A stretch of DNA of 63,320 nucleotides, filler included, from Octopus bimaculoides (GCF_001194135.2; 5 parts of 5 records of this genome joined end to end with filler, not necessarily neighbours in it), one strand, 5' to 3'. Shown: positions 26,736-40,615, counted from the first letter of the whole stretch. Translations and numbers: made by a program. Notes: a model not told the origin generated them from the letters alone.

Positions 26736-27477
26736 CACAAACGACATGTCTCTTAAGATCACAGTCCTCATTTCTGGGATGATTACAGTGCAGTCCGTAG
26801 TATCCGTGTGTATCGGTTTGATCATCTTCGTGGATTCATTTCTTCAGGCGATATCACACTAATGGATGTACAACAGAATCAGCATCATTATTAAGTGGCT
26901 GGCATAATGGAGTAGGAGCTTTATTTGCATATTCAATACGTTTCCCATAAACAAATTTAAAGATATATATGTGTGTGTGTGTGCATTTATTTTATATATA
27001 CACATTAACGAATCGCTAAATCATCCAATAATTTGGATGACGATAACATAAATACTAATAGCGAGGCGAGTCCGGAAAGAGCTGAACAATCGAGCAGTCT
27101 TAACCGATGAGGCAACGGAAATTGCCGAAACTGACTCGTCAGTACTAAGAATTCTCGATATGAACTTTTCGGACGATTATGGTCCCTGTTAGTGTATATG
27201 TCTTCATTCGTGTGCATTAACTAGAGCGGTTTAGCTCTTATTTTTAGCAGTGCAAGTGTTTTCTAACACCCTAGTCACATTTAGTGACATTCGTAGTTCT
27301 TTTTGGGGAAACATTGCAAACTGCTGTTTATATTAATTATATATATAAAAAAATCTCTCTAAGAGATGATCGTAGTTGCTGTACTAGCAAGTAATGTTCG
27401 TAGCCACGTCAACATGGCTGTTCTGTTCGAGCAGAATTTACTGCAATTTTTTAATCCCAAGAGGACAGCTGCATCCG

Positions 27478-27618
27478 ATATATTGCGAGCAGAAGAACGA
27501 ACTCCTACCACCCTATAGCGACCGGACCAGCATACCAGTCTGGTTTCGGGCTATTTCTGCTTCTCTTCAGTACTGTACACCTCGTCTGCTAGAGATGGCA
27601 CCTCTGCTCGCAATATAT
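27478..27618. repeat. 141-bp element with perfect 16-bp terminal inverted repeats (MITE-like or hairpin)
   Basis: ATATATTGCGAGCAGA at 27478-27493 and TCTGCTCGCAATATAT at 27603-27618. Confidence 0.55.
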
Positions 27619-27774
27619 ATAAATTCAAGCGGCACATGTTGCAAAATCAGCGTACAAATTACTAAGTGGGAACAAAACTGGAGTGAAGAAAATTCATATA
27701 GAATTAAAAAATGGTTTCTAGTTGAGAATATTTGGGCCTCTACTGGTCATTTCAAGTTTCGTCGATATATATGC

Positions 27775-27992
27775 GGAAGGCGACGAGCTGACAGAAACGT
27801 TAGCATGCCGGACAAAATGCTTAGCGTTATTTCGTCTGTCTTTACGAGCTGAGTTCAAATTCCGTCGAGGTCAACCTTGTCTTTCATCCTTTCGGGGTCG
27901 ATAAATTAAGTACCAGTTGTGTACTAGGGTCGATCTAATCGACTGGCCCCCTTCCCCCCAAATTTCAGGCCTTGTGCCTAGAGTAGAAGAAA
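27775..27992 (+). mobile_element. SINE family B, near-intact, CpGs retained
   Basis: tRNA-like head (GAGCTGACAGAAACGTTAGC..GAGTTCAAATTCC), central GCCTTTCATCCTTTCGGGGTCGATAAATTAAGTACCAG-type domain and tail CCTTGTGCCTAGAGTAGAAG. Superfamily assignment needs a Dfam/Repbase search. Confidence 0.8.
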
Positions 27993-28669
27993 AAAAGGAT
28001 ATATATGCGTGGGTATGTGTGTGTATGTACTTGTGTGTGCGCGTATGCGTGTGGGATAAATTCATTTCCGCTTGAGTATGCTGGAGAAACGTACTTATGA
28101 TATATTTTATGAATTTTACTGTCACCTTGACGGTAGTATTGTGACATCTTGTCACTTGTTGGTAAGGCTGACCCGTAGAGCACATCTAGAGCTCTTGCAG
28201 GCAGCTTTCCTGTGGAAGTTGGTTTAAAATGATACGTCTTCTGTAATGTTGTGTGGGAAATCAAGTTTACCTTGTATGTGAAAACACATACATAAGGATG
28301 TCATCAATGAATCTGAAGAACAAAGCGCAGGAATAACAGTTGGAAGTGTTCTGGACCATATATGCATCGGCTTGTCAACCGATAGACTTGAACCGTTAGG
28401 TAGTCTCGGTATTTGATTATATGTGAATTCTCCAAAATGAATGGTACTGCTTACATAAATAGTCGGAAGTTGGTTTGAGGATGTGAGATCAAAGCATTAA
28501 AAAATGACAAGAAATGATTTCACTCATAAGACTGTCAGCTGCTAGAATAGACGTAGGGGTTTACAGGTAAATTACCTTTAGGTTATAGGCAAATCTGCTG
28601 TAGTGGGTTAAGATTATTCAAACAGCATATGACATCATTGGAACTATCGTAAAGGACTCTCTCTTTTTT

Positions 28670-28880
28670 TTACTCTTTTACTTGTTTCAGTCATTTGACT
28701 GCGGCCATGCTGGAGCACCGCCTTTAGTCGAGAAAATCGACCCCGGGACTTATTCTTTGTGAGCCTAGTACTTATTCTATCGGTCTCTTTTGCCGAACCG
28801 CTAAGTTACGGGGACGTAAACACACCAGCATCGGTTGTCAAGTGATGGTGGGGGACAAACACAGCCACACAAACACACAC
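28670..28880 (-). mobile_element. SINE family A 3' half, young
   Basis: Reverse complement of the 3' half of 55582-56000 with CpGs intact (GACTGCGGCCATGCTGGAGCACCGCCTTTAGTCGAG). Confidence 0.8.
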
Positions 28881-29770
28881 ACACACGCTCATACACACAG
28901 TGTATATATTTTGCAATTTAAAAATACGCTCATACATTTTCCATATTTTTGTCCCTCAAAATAGCAAATGCAATAGTTGGCACACTATTCGCTCANNNNN
29001 NNNNNNNNNNNNNNNNNNNNNNNNNNNNNNNNNNNNNNNNNNNNNNNNNNNNNNNNNNNNNNNNNNNNNNNNNNNNNNNNNNNNNNNNNNNNNNNNNNNN
29101 NNNNNNNNNNNNNNNNNNNNNNNNNNNNNNNNNNNNNNNNNNNNNNNNNNNNNNNNNNNNNNNNNNNNNNNNNNNNNNNNNNNNNNNNNNNNNNNNNNNN
29201 NNNNNNNNNNNNNNNNNNNNNNNNNNNNNNNNNNNNNNNNNNNNNNNNNNNNNNNNNNNNNNNNNNNNNNNNNNNNNNNNNNNNNNNNNNNNNNNNNNNN
29301 NNNNNNNNNNNNNNNNNNNNNNNNNNNNNNNNNNNNNNNNNNNNNNNNNNNNNNNNNNNNNNNNNNNNNNNNNNNNNNNNNNNNNNNNNNNNNNNNNNNN
29401 NNNNNNNNNNNNNNNNNNNNNNNNNNNNNNNNNNNNNNNNNNNNNNNNNNNNNNNNNNNNNNNNNNNNNNNNNNNNNNNNNNNNNNNNNNNNNNNNNNNN
29501 NNNNNNNNNNNNNTTCTTTACAATTTTAAAACTTCCTTCAAAGGGTACCGTAATTTCCTGCCTGGCAAGCGGTATCGTCGGTGACTTTTTAATAAAGAAA
29601 TTTTGCTTTTGTTTTCACTGAGACAGTGAACCTACATTATAGTTGCTTTCTAAAATCTATTAAAATTATGTTTGTAAACGTGTGTTTATGTGTGTGTAAG
29701 ATAAAGTACCACTAAGTTTTGAATTCTTCACAGCGCATTCTTCACTCGCACAACCTTGCTTGCTTGAGCG

Positions 29771-29804
<34 letters not shown>

Positions 29805-29904
29805 CATACACACAGTGTATATATTTTGCAATTTAAAAATACGCTCATACATTTTCCATATTTTTGTCCCTCAAAATAGCAAATGCAATAGTTGGCACAC
29901 TATT

Positions 29905-30003
29905 CGCTCAATGAACACTCACAACGCCCAGTCTGGGAATTGAAACCGTGATCCTATGACCGCGAGTCCGCTGCCCTAACCACTGGGCCATTGCGCCTCC
30001 ACT
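29905..30003 (-). mobile_element. SINE family C head (tRNA-like)
   Basis: Minus strand GTGGAGGCGCAATGGCCCAGTGGTTAGGGCAGCGGACTCGCGGTCATAGGATCACGGTTTCAATTCCCAGACTGGGCG, matching 60885-61144. Confidence 0.75.
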
Positions 30004-31169
30004 GTAGTTACATATATGTATATTTAAATGAAATGTATGGTATTTGGTTGAAAACAATCATCGAAACCGGCTCCGCTAAAAAAAAAAAGGAACTAAGTAA
30101 GTCATTATAATGGTTTCAAATTTTGGTACAAGGCCAGTAATTTCGGGGTTGGGGTGGGGTGGGGTAAGTTGATAACATTCAACTCCAGTGCCNNNNNNNN
30201 NNNNNNNNNNNNNNNNNNNNNNNNNNNNNNNNNNNNTTAATTAATTAANNNNNNNNNNNNNNNNNNNNNNNNNNNNNNNNNNNNNNNNNNNNGAGCTTCT
30301 CGTGTGAAATTCATTGAAATTCATGAAATTCAATGCATGTCCATTGAACAATTATGTCCAAGGGATATGCATAGAGTTGTCTCCCATGCTTGCTTGTGAA
30401 AAGTTTTGAAAAGAATCTACTTTAATCATATAAATCAGTGGTTCCTGTCCTTTTCACCGAGTCGACTTCGCCTGTCATCCTTTCGGGGTCGATTAAATAA
30501 GTACCAGTTACGCACTGGGGTCGATGTAATCGACTTAATCCCTTTGTCTGTCTTTGTTTGCTCCCTCTATCTTTAGTCCTCTGTGGGCAATGAAGAGATT
30601 AGTAAATGGTAGACACAATAGTCAGTTATATATGTATACATACATGCATATATGGGCTCAGGATATTAAAAAAAAACGTCAAATACAATGAGAAACTAAA
30701 ACATGGAAAACGAAATTTTTTGGAACAACGAAAACAACAGAGAAATGAGACATGCAACATAAACAGTATACCCCTTCGTCAAGTCCAAAGTTATAGGATA
30801 GCATTACACTTGAGAGAGATAAAATAAACAATTTTATTTCCGCTGGAAACATCACAGCAAAATTATAAGTTGTAATTCGTAAAATATCCGCTCTTCACAT
30901 AGTTCGGGCAAAGCAAAGCTTGCTTACTCAGTCAAATGTGTTTCAGGGGACGCAACCGCAGAAAAAAAAGAAAGAATTATTTCCCTTAGTAAAAGTGACT
31001 GATGGCTGTAATATTTTATGCCAGAAAAATAAATTGCTGAACTGAATGTCATTGAATATTTATCTCTTTTAACCATTTTGGCAGTAACCTCTTGCGACCA
31101 TCAATGGTGCTTTGATACGAACTCTCTATATTTTAATTTGATTTAGATTAAATCATTCCATCAATGTTT

Positions 31170-31660
31170 CATGATAACGAAACGCTGTAAAGCATTTTGT
31201 GTGGTATGCTAACGATTCTGCCTTTAGCAATTTTCTACTGTAGGTAGAAGGCTTGAGATTCTGAGGAGGGAGATAGTCGATTACACTCACCCCAGTGCGT
31301 TACTGGTACTTATTTCATCGACCCCTAGATGGATGACAGGCAAAGTTAACTTCGGTGGAATTTGAACTCGGAACGGAAGGATGGACGAAATGCCACTAAG
31401 CATTTTGTACGGGGTGCAAACAATTCTGCCAAATAGCCGCCTTTAACGACAACTTAATAATGATTTCAAATTTTGGCACAAGGCCAGCAAGTTCGTGGGA
31501 GGAGATAAGTCGATTACATCGACACCAGAACTCAACTGGTACTATTTTATCAACCCCCACCCCCACCTCTAAAAGATGAAAAGCAAAATCGATCTCGGCG
31601 GAATTTGAACTCAGAACGTTAAGACGCGCTAACTATTCTGCCAGCTCACCGCCCTGTGAA
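31170..31660 (-). mobile_element. Two stacked family-B SINE copies
   Basis: Two GGAATTTGAACTC..CATTTTG/ATTCTGCCAGCTC blocks. A similar pair lies at about 38880-39310. Confidence 0.7.
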
Positions 31661-33649
31661 CAACACAACACAATATCGCCTTCATTGTATAATGGGTGAC
31701 ATAGAATATAGTTCACATAATGTACAAGGTTATTCGCAGCACAAATGAAATTAATTGAACCGTAGCGTATTTAGTTTAAATCAGCTATGATCAAGCTGAC
31801 CTGTGATGAAAACCCTTCCAACCGTAAACATCCAGTCTGCGTATATCTAGATCTACAATGTTCAGTGAGTGCCTTTCTTATTATTAAGCCAATAAGATTT
31901 AAAGGATATTTGGCTGCTATTTCTGTCAGTCCTGGAGAGAATTTCTCGATGGCCCGGCATATCTATTGTATTCTGGAAATGAAGTATTATTCTTATAGTC
32001 TAGTACGTTATAGGGAACACTACTGAACCGTAAAAATGAATTTGTGCTGTGTATTTGGCCATGTAAGAAGTATGTACTACGCGTTACGGTGAATCTGCTT
32101 AATTAAATCAAAGTATGTTAGCACAGAAAGTAATTATAGCTGAAGTATACAACCAGAACAAATTTTTGCAGATGGAAGAAATAATTAAGTTTACTCATTA
32201 TTCTCCTCTTCTGTGTCTGCCTGTCCGTCCGTCTCTCTCTCTCTGTCTATGTCTGTCTATCTCTGTCTATCCTCCTCTCTCTTTCTTCGTACACAACTAA
32301 TGACCTAATGTCGAAAACATATGAACTCCAAGTGAAATATCTTTATAATATCTTCCTTACTTTTCTCTTTGCTAAAATATTTTCTCCTGCCATAAGGAAG
32401 TAATATAATATAATGAATAAATCTTTAATTGAATCGTACTGAAAAGATTCGTCCAAATCGAAATAGAAGCTATATACGAAAACTAAGGTCTTTGTAACTG
32501 AATAAGAATATTAAGGACTTTACATTTGAGAGAAAGAAAACAATTGTACAGAAAAATGAATAAAATAAATGTATAAAGATTATATGTAATACAGCATTTC
32601 ATTAGACTCAAATTTCTCCCACTACCACAAAAAAAAAAAAAAAATTAATAATATTGACCTCTGTCAAGTCTAATCTCTCTTGCTATAAAATGAACGATCA
32701 ATGAACCAACAGACTGCAAAGAAGTAATAATTGACAGAGACTAAAGTATGCACTAACAATGTTTAATTAAAAACCGATTGCTTTAGAACACGACGGCATT
32801 ATTTCCATTTGAGAAGAAACAAGTCAAAGGTCATCCTGAGGTTGCTGCATAACACTTGAAGTCATTAATTCACCGTTAAAGGCGGGGAGGTGGCAAAATC
32901 GTTAGCGATGCGGTCAAAATGCTTAGCGGCATTTCCTCCATTTCTTTACGTTCTGATTTCAAAACCCGCAGAGGTCGACGTCAGTTTTTATTCTTTTGTG
33001 GTAGATAAGCTATGTACAAGTTGAGCACTGAGGTTGAAGCCGTTCCAGCCACGACCGTCCATTTTGTTGTATGTCAGTGATCATACTACCTGATGTATCC
33101 AGCCATTTTTCTTTTTAATATGGTGGAGAAGATTCCGCCGAGGTCAACTTTGTCTTNNNNNNNNNNGGGGGTGTCGATGAATTAAGTACCAGCTGCGTAC
33201 TGGAGTCGATCTAATCGACTGGCCCTCTCCTCCAAAATTTCGGGCCTTGTGCCTAGAGCAGAAAAGAATATGGCGGAGAAGATTTCATGGAGAGAAAGAG
33301 AGCGCAGGCGGGCGAGCGACAGAAGGAGAGAGGGAGCGGGGAAGAGAAAAAATCTTCAGAGATGTAGCATGTCTGTGTCAGCTGCTATTTCTTGCAAGTC
33401 AAAGAACTACGCCGAGCAGTGACTCCCAGACTTTCCTATAGGTTCCAAGGAAATATTTGTTTAATTTTCACATATTCTATTCATAACATTTCACATTTGA
33501 AGATAATAAAATCCAGTTTTCTAAAAGCCGTTGTCTTAGACTGAACCACGTACAAATGTTATGAATGCGGACACCCTAAGTAAAGAACCTTTGACATAGA
33601 GATTAACTCATTGGGTTGTCTGTATCTGTGTGAGTGTAACTGTTTCGGA

Positions 33650-33700
<51 letters not shown>

Positions 33701-33712
33701 TGTGTGTGTGTA

Positions 33713-33744
<32 letters not shown>

Positions 33745-34715
33745 TGTGTGTGTGTGTGTGTGGAAAGACAGGGGAAAGAGAGAGGGGGAAAGAATAAGTT
33801 ACTTTGCCTATCGTATAAACGTATGTATGTACGTATATATGTATGTATGTATGTATATATACACACACTCACACATGCACACTCAACGCACGCACGCATA
33901 AAACTCACACATATAACATACACACAGAGACATATATATAGAGAGAGACAGGAAGACAAAGAGAAAGAGACAGGGAGAAAAAGAAAGAGAGGAAAGACAG
34001 AGAATGCGTGTTATTCACACACACTACTCATAACACACATGCACACACACACACACACACATACACGCACGCACAACACATGCATACACACACATCACAC
34101 ACCTAGCGATGGCATGCACAAGACACACACATACGCACACACATACGTGGAGGGAGACAACGTGAGAGAAAGAGAGAGATAGAGAGAGAGAGAGTGTGAG
34201 AGTTAGTGGGTGAGAGAGAGAGAGAGAGATAGAGAGAGAAATAGAGAGTGAGAGGAGAGAGAGTGAGATGAGAAAGAGAGAGGGGAGGAGAGAAAGGCAG
34301 CCCAGCTGAGAAGCTAACATAGAGCGTACACAGAAATGATGTTCGGCCGATTAACGTACGTAATGGCAACAACAAGACAACGGGAAGTTTACTTATTTGA
34401 GCAGAGGACGGTGTTACGAGCAACGGACAATGCTATATAATGGTTAATTATCCTGCCTCGCTTCTAAACGATTATAAAGACAGCAGAATGAAACGAAACA
34501 AAACGAAAATAATACAGAAAAAAGAACAACAAATAAATAGATAAGAAATAATTGTAGTTATAAAGTCTTAAGCCGTAATATTTGTAAGAACATTTTGTTA
34601 CAACTGAAGAGATTTTTGCCTGAGATAAAATAAAGGGAGACAATAGAGAAATGCAGAATTGAATTAGCGAGGATGTAATGACACAACAAACCAGTCGTGA
34701 ATTAGTAAGACTTAC

Positions 34716-34763
34716 CGTATAAAGTGGATTTCTCGCTTGAACAGATTCCGAACAATGGCTCAC
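34716..34763 (-). other. Candidate 48-nt exon or pair of alternative 5' splice donors on the minus strand
   Basis: Minus strand reads ..TTTTCACAAGTAGCAG|GTGAGCCATTGTTCGGAATCTGTTCAAGCGAGAAATCCACTTTATACG|GTAAGT, in non-repetitive CpG-rich sequence. Two of the three frames are open. Confidence 0.3.
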
Positions 34764-35064
34764 CTGCTACTTGTGAAAAGGTTCTTCATAAAAATAGCCT
34801 TTTGTGTTTGTCGCGAAATCTATAATATTTCAAATCAATGGCGGTAAGAAATGTCGTTGGTTGTGGATCTTTTATGCGGATAACTTTATTTTAGATAAAC
34901 ACACAGACACACACACACGCATAGACACACACAGACACACACAGACACACACACAAACACACACACACACACACACACACAACACACACACACACACACT
35001 GACGCTTACACATACAAACATGCATCCATACATCCAAACATACACTCTCTCTCACACACACATA

Positions 35065-35106
<42 letters not shown>

Positions 35107-35316
35107 NNNNNNNNNNNNNNNNNNNNNNNNNNNNNNNNNNNNNNNNNNNNNNNNNNNNNNNNNNNNNNNNNNNNNNNNNNNNNNNNNNNNNNNNNNNNNN
35201 NNNNNNNNNNNNNNNNNNNNNNNNNNNNNNNNNNNNNNNNNNNNNNNNNNNNNNNNNNNNNNNNNNNNNNNNNNNNNNNNTATATATATATATATATATA
35301 TGGGACAGAAACAGAG

Positions 35317-35368
<52 letters not shown>

Positions 35369-35619
35369 GAGGAGGAAGGGAAGAAATATGAAAGAAAGGG
35401 ACAGAAGTAGGGAGAGGAGTGAAACGGAAAGAGAGGAAGAATAAGGAGAATAGGAAAAACAGTAAGGGGGTGATAAAAACAGATAGGAGAGAGGATGTGC
35501 ATATGTGTGTGTGAGTGTGTGTGTGTGTGTGTGTGTGTATACATACATACGTACATACGTACATACATACATACATACATACATATATACGAGAGGCAAA
35601 GTATCTCTGAAATTTATTT

Positions 35620-35662
<43 letters not shown>

Positions 35663-35665
35663 TTA

Positions 35666-35880
35666 CGAGGGAGCGCTGAAAAGTACCTGGTGTTAATGCT
35701 AATGCGAAAGGCCTGGTTGGAGACCCAGACTTCCGAGTTTTTTACAGGGCTTAGAAAAACATGAAAGACCGATGCAATAAGCGTGTGAATCTCAGAGGAA
35801 AATACGTTGAATAAAATCAGAATTAACCGATTCTCCTATATCTTCTTTTACCCAAAGCTGGAAAGTTTTCAGCGCCCCTA
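35666..35880 (+). mobile_element. Mariner-derived MITE (about 215 bp)
   Basis: Left end TA|CGAGGGAGCGCTGAAAAGTACCTGG and right end CTGGAAAGTTTTCAGCGCCCCTA|TA. Internally it retains a transposase C-terminus-like GLEK..DRCNKRVNLRGKYVE*. Confidence 0.8.
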
Positions 35881-36050
35881 TACGACGGGCTTCTTTCAGT
35901 TTCCGTCTACCAAATCTACTCACAAGGCTTTGGTCGGCCCGAGGCTATAGTAGAAGACATTTGCCCAAGGTGCCACGCAGTGGGAATGAACCCGGAACCA
36001 TGTGGTTGGTAAGCAAGCTACTTACCACACAGCCACTCCTTCGCCTATAT
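35881..36050 (-). mobile_element. SINE family A 5' half, young
   Basis: Near-identical to the reverse complement of the 55588-55750 head, with CpGs retained. Confidence 0.85.
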
Positions 36051-36070
36051 TCATAAATACATACACACAC

Positions 36071-36101
<31 letters not shown>

Positions 36102-36452
36102 CATTTCTTTTATTAGCCACACAGGGCTCAACGAAGATGGGACAAATACAATGTAGAGNNNNNNNNNNNNNNNNNNNNNNNNNNNNNNNNNNNNNNNNNN
36201 NNTTAATTAATTAANNNNNNNNNNNNNNNNNNNNNNNNNNNNNNNNNNNNNNNNNNNNGTGTGTGTGTATGTGTGTGTATACATCATCGCCACGCATGCA
36301 CATAAGTGATACGCTATGATTACACAAATATGAATGTATGTATTTACATTTGTATGTAAATGCATATACACACACATATATATATACATATATATATACA
36401 TATATATACATATGTATATACGTATATCTATATACATATATATGTGAGTGTG

Positions 36453-36494
<42 letters not shown>

Positions 36495-38095
36495 AACAAA
36501 TAGTAAATGAGTATATGCATATATACGTACAGCACTACATATGTACATGCAAACGCCTTTATACGTACATACACACATGCATGCTTACATGTATTGACAT
36601 ACATCAAGATTTATGTCCATTAAAACAATTATCAAGAAACTGTTAGTTCAGCCCTGTTACCACCAGATGTCGCAGCATTCATTGCTTATTGTATTTTTAG
36701 TAATATGTTATATATATAAATATATATACACACACACACGTACACACATACATATATATATATGGCCTGTATATATATATATATATATATTAGGGATAAA
36801 ATCCCAAATTACAGGTAATAACTCAATTAAAATCACTTTATTTAAAATTAAAATTAAATTAAGTTTCACAGAGTAAAATATATATAGATATATAGTTTTA
36901 GGGAACAGAACCAAGGTTCATGAACTCATCGATGAAAATCCACTGTCACATATAGAAAAATGAATAATTAAAAGCANNNNNNNNNNNNNNNNNNNNNNNN
37001 NNNNNNNNNNNNNNNNNNNNNNNNNNNNNNNNNNNNNNNNNNNNNNNNNNNNNNNNNNNNNNNNNNNNNNNNNNNNNNNNNNNNNNNNNNNNNNNNNNNN
37101 NNNNNNNNNNNNNNNNNNNNNNNNNNNNNNNNNNNNNNNNNNNNNNNNNNNNNNNNNNNNNNNNNNNNNNNNNNNNNNNNNNNNNNNNNNNNNNNNNNNN
37201 NNNNNNNNNNNNNNNNNNNNNNNNNNNNNNNNNNNNNNNNNNNNNNNNNNNNNNNNNNNNNNNNNNNNNNNNNNNNNNNNNNNNNNNNNNNNNNNNNNNN
37301 NNNNNNNNNNNNNNNNNNNNNNNNNNNNNNNNNNNNNNNNNNNNNNNNNNNNNNNNNNNNNNNNNNNNNNNNNNNNNNNNNNNTATATATATATATATAT
37401 ATATATGAGTGTATAAATATGCAAACATACACTCCATCCTAAGAATGTGAAATAAGCCGGCTCACGTTTCACATTCATTTCATATTCCAGCGCAAATACT
37501 TTATTAAATTTTATTCGAACCTGTCTGCACTCTCTTCGATATACTAGAAGTCTCACTGAGATTGCCCCAGATAATCGCTCATGCCAAAATAAACGCATTA
37601 TTTGGGAGTAAGTTACGTCCTTAGAGGGGATTAGATTGATTCCAGTGACCCCGAAAATAAACTGCAGACATATTTATTTTCAAAACTGATTTACTAATTT
37701 AATGGCAAATTCTACGAAGTTTTATAATTCAGCTGTAACATATAGCAGTCGGGAGGGTAATTCTGAGATATAGCTTGACTTTACGAGTATGTAAACAATA
37801 TAGTAATTGTTTACAGAGCTTTTTCGGACCGGTAGCGCCATTGCCATAAATATAAAAGTGTGAATGTATTAAAGAATATATATATATATACATGCATACA
37901 TGTATACATGCATACATACATGTATAATCTTCACAGAAAATATGTAATTATTTCGCTTTGGGATTTGGTTTGCAAGACTCTTATTTTACAAAAAAATAAA
38001 TAAGTAAATGAGTGGAAATCGAATGACTCTCCCCAGACACAGTAATATGTATTTGTGTGTGCTTATGTGTGCGTGTGTGTGTGTTTGTGGATAGA

Positions 38096-38157
<62 letters not shown>

Positions 38158-38317
38158 TGTCCTTGTGTTTATGAGTGCGCACTTACGGTATATATATATA
38201 TATATATATATATACTGCATACACATGTAAATATGTTGCTATATATAGGTATACATACGTATATATGTATGTATATATGCATCATATATATATACATACA
38301 TATATACACGAACATAC

Positions 38318-38353
<36 letters not shown>

Positions 38354-40584
38354 TTGTATATNNNNNNNNNNNNNNNNNNNNNNNNNNNNNNNNNNNNNNN
38401 NNNNNNNNNNNNNNNNNNNNNNNNNNNNNNNNNNNNNNNNNNNNNNNNNNNNNNNNNNNNNNNNNNNNNNNNNNNNNNNNNNNNNNNNNNNNNNNNNNNN
38501 NNNNNNNNNNNNNNNNNNNNNNNNNNNNNNNNNNNNNNNNNNNNNNNNNNNNNNNNNNNNNNNNNNNNNNNNNNNNNNNNNNNNNNNNNNNNNNNNNNNN
38601 NNNATTTATTTATATTTATATATATGCATGTCTGTTTGTGTGTACACACACACACACATGTAGCCCAAGCTGAATGACGGGGAAAGAGACGGGAAGACTG
38701 ACATGTAAAAATTTACAACAGCAAAATGTGGAAAATGAAGGACGCAATACAGACACGCACGAAAATTAACAAGAAAAGTTGTGCACAGTGAATAGAAAAC
38801 ATGATAAAAGAACTTTAAAATGAAACGATGCCCAATGGGAAACACGTGTCAAATGCTTCTGTAAAGTGATACAATATTTCTTTTTAGTATAAGCACAAGG
38901 CCAGCAATTCCTTGTTGATTACGTCGACCTCTCGGCCCAACTGTTACGTAGTTTATCGATACCGATAGGATGAAAGGTGAAATGAGGCTGGGCGGGATTT
39001 GTATTCAGAATGCAGAGCCGGAGGAGATGCCGCTGAGCATTTTTTATTTTTTTTACCGGCGTGTTAACGACCATTGCCAGCTCGCCGCCTTGATATAACA
39101 ATGATTTCAAATTTTGGCACAAAGCCAGCAATATCGGGGTAGTAGGGATGTCGATTGCATTGACCCCAGTGTTTCACAGGTACTTCATTTATCGACCCAG
39201 AAAGAATGAAAGGCAAAAGTCCCTCAGCGGGATTTGAACGTAACGACAGACGAAATACCGCTTAGCATTTCGTCCAGCGTGCTAATGATTCTACCAGCTC
39301 ACCGCCTTTTTAATAATAATAATAATAATAATAATCCTTTCTGCAATAGGCACAAGGAGGCTAGTTGGTTACATCGCCTCCAGTGCGTAACTCGTACTTA
39401 TTTCATCGACCTCGAATGAATGAATGGTAAAGTCGACCTCAGAATCTGAAGCTGGAAGAAATTCTGTAAAGATCGTTGTCCGCTGCGTCAACGTTTGTGC
39501 CACCTTGCCGTCTTGCTGAGATATAAATAATGGTTAATACGTCGTTTTATGCGTTGTTATATAAAATTTAAACAACATTTAAATAACTTTTTTTCCTTCA
39601 GATTTAATCTTTACTCAACTGTGATTAATTTAATTATGACACAAAAATATGTAATAGATTCTTTTGGCCGCAAGTGTGTGTGTAAGAGAGAGACACACAC
39701 AGAAATTAAATATTTCAATAAATATAAAAGTCACAAGTGTTTTATGAATTCAGTTTAATATTATGTATTTTTGGAATTAAATACATTTTATGCATTTTAT
39801 ATTTTAGAATTTATTTCAAATAATACCGGGTGTATTTTGGGTAATAAAAGAACAATGAAAGGGTTAAGATTTCTTACTCTGAATTAGAAGAAATGGCATG
39901 AATATCTAGATACATCAATTTTAATATTCTTTTCTACTCTAGGCACAGGGCCCGAAATTTTTGGGGAAAGGGACCAGTCGATTAGATCGACCCCAGTATG
40001 CAATTGGTGTTTAGTTTATCGACCCCGAAAGGATGAAAGGCAAAGTCGACCTCGGCAGAATTTGAACTCAGAATGTAAAGACAGACGAACATCAATTTTA
40101 ATATTATCTAATTGTGAGTGGGGCTTACAGGTGTTAGCAGCAACAGGTGTTTTCATGGGAAGGCAGTCTCATGAAAGGGCTAACCAAAAACTAAGGTGCA
40201 CACAGAAAATATATACATATACAGCCTATGTGTATGACAGTGTGTGTGTGCGTTTGCGTGTGTGTGTGCGTTTGCGTGTGTATGCGCGCACGCACATACA
40301 CACACACACACACATACATATCGATATACATACATATATATGTACAGGTACATATATATGTGCATATGTACATATACATATATGCACGTATATCCATACA
40401 TTTATACATATACATACGTAGGTACACACACACACACACACACGTATATATATAAATATGAGTACATAAAAATATATACATGTATATTTTTGTATGCATA
40501 AACTGTATATATTACATTTAATATACATAAATTATATTGTGTGTTTATATATATATAAAGAGAGAGAGAGAGAGAAAGACAGAA

Positions 40585-40615
<31 letters not shown>

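Noticed and set aside
27394-27852. 152-aa plus-strand ORF
   Set aside because: No recognisable motif, and its 3' end runs into a SINE-B, so it is probably chance in GC-richer DNA.
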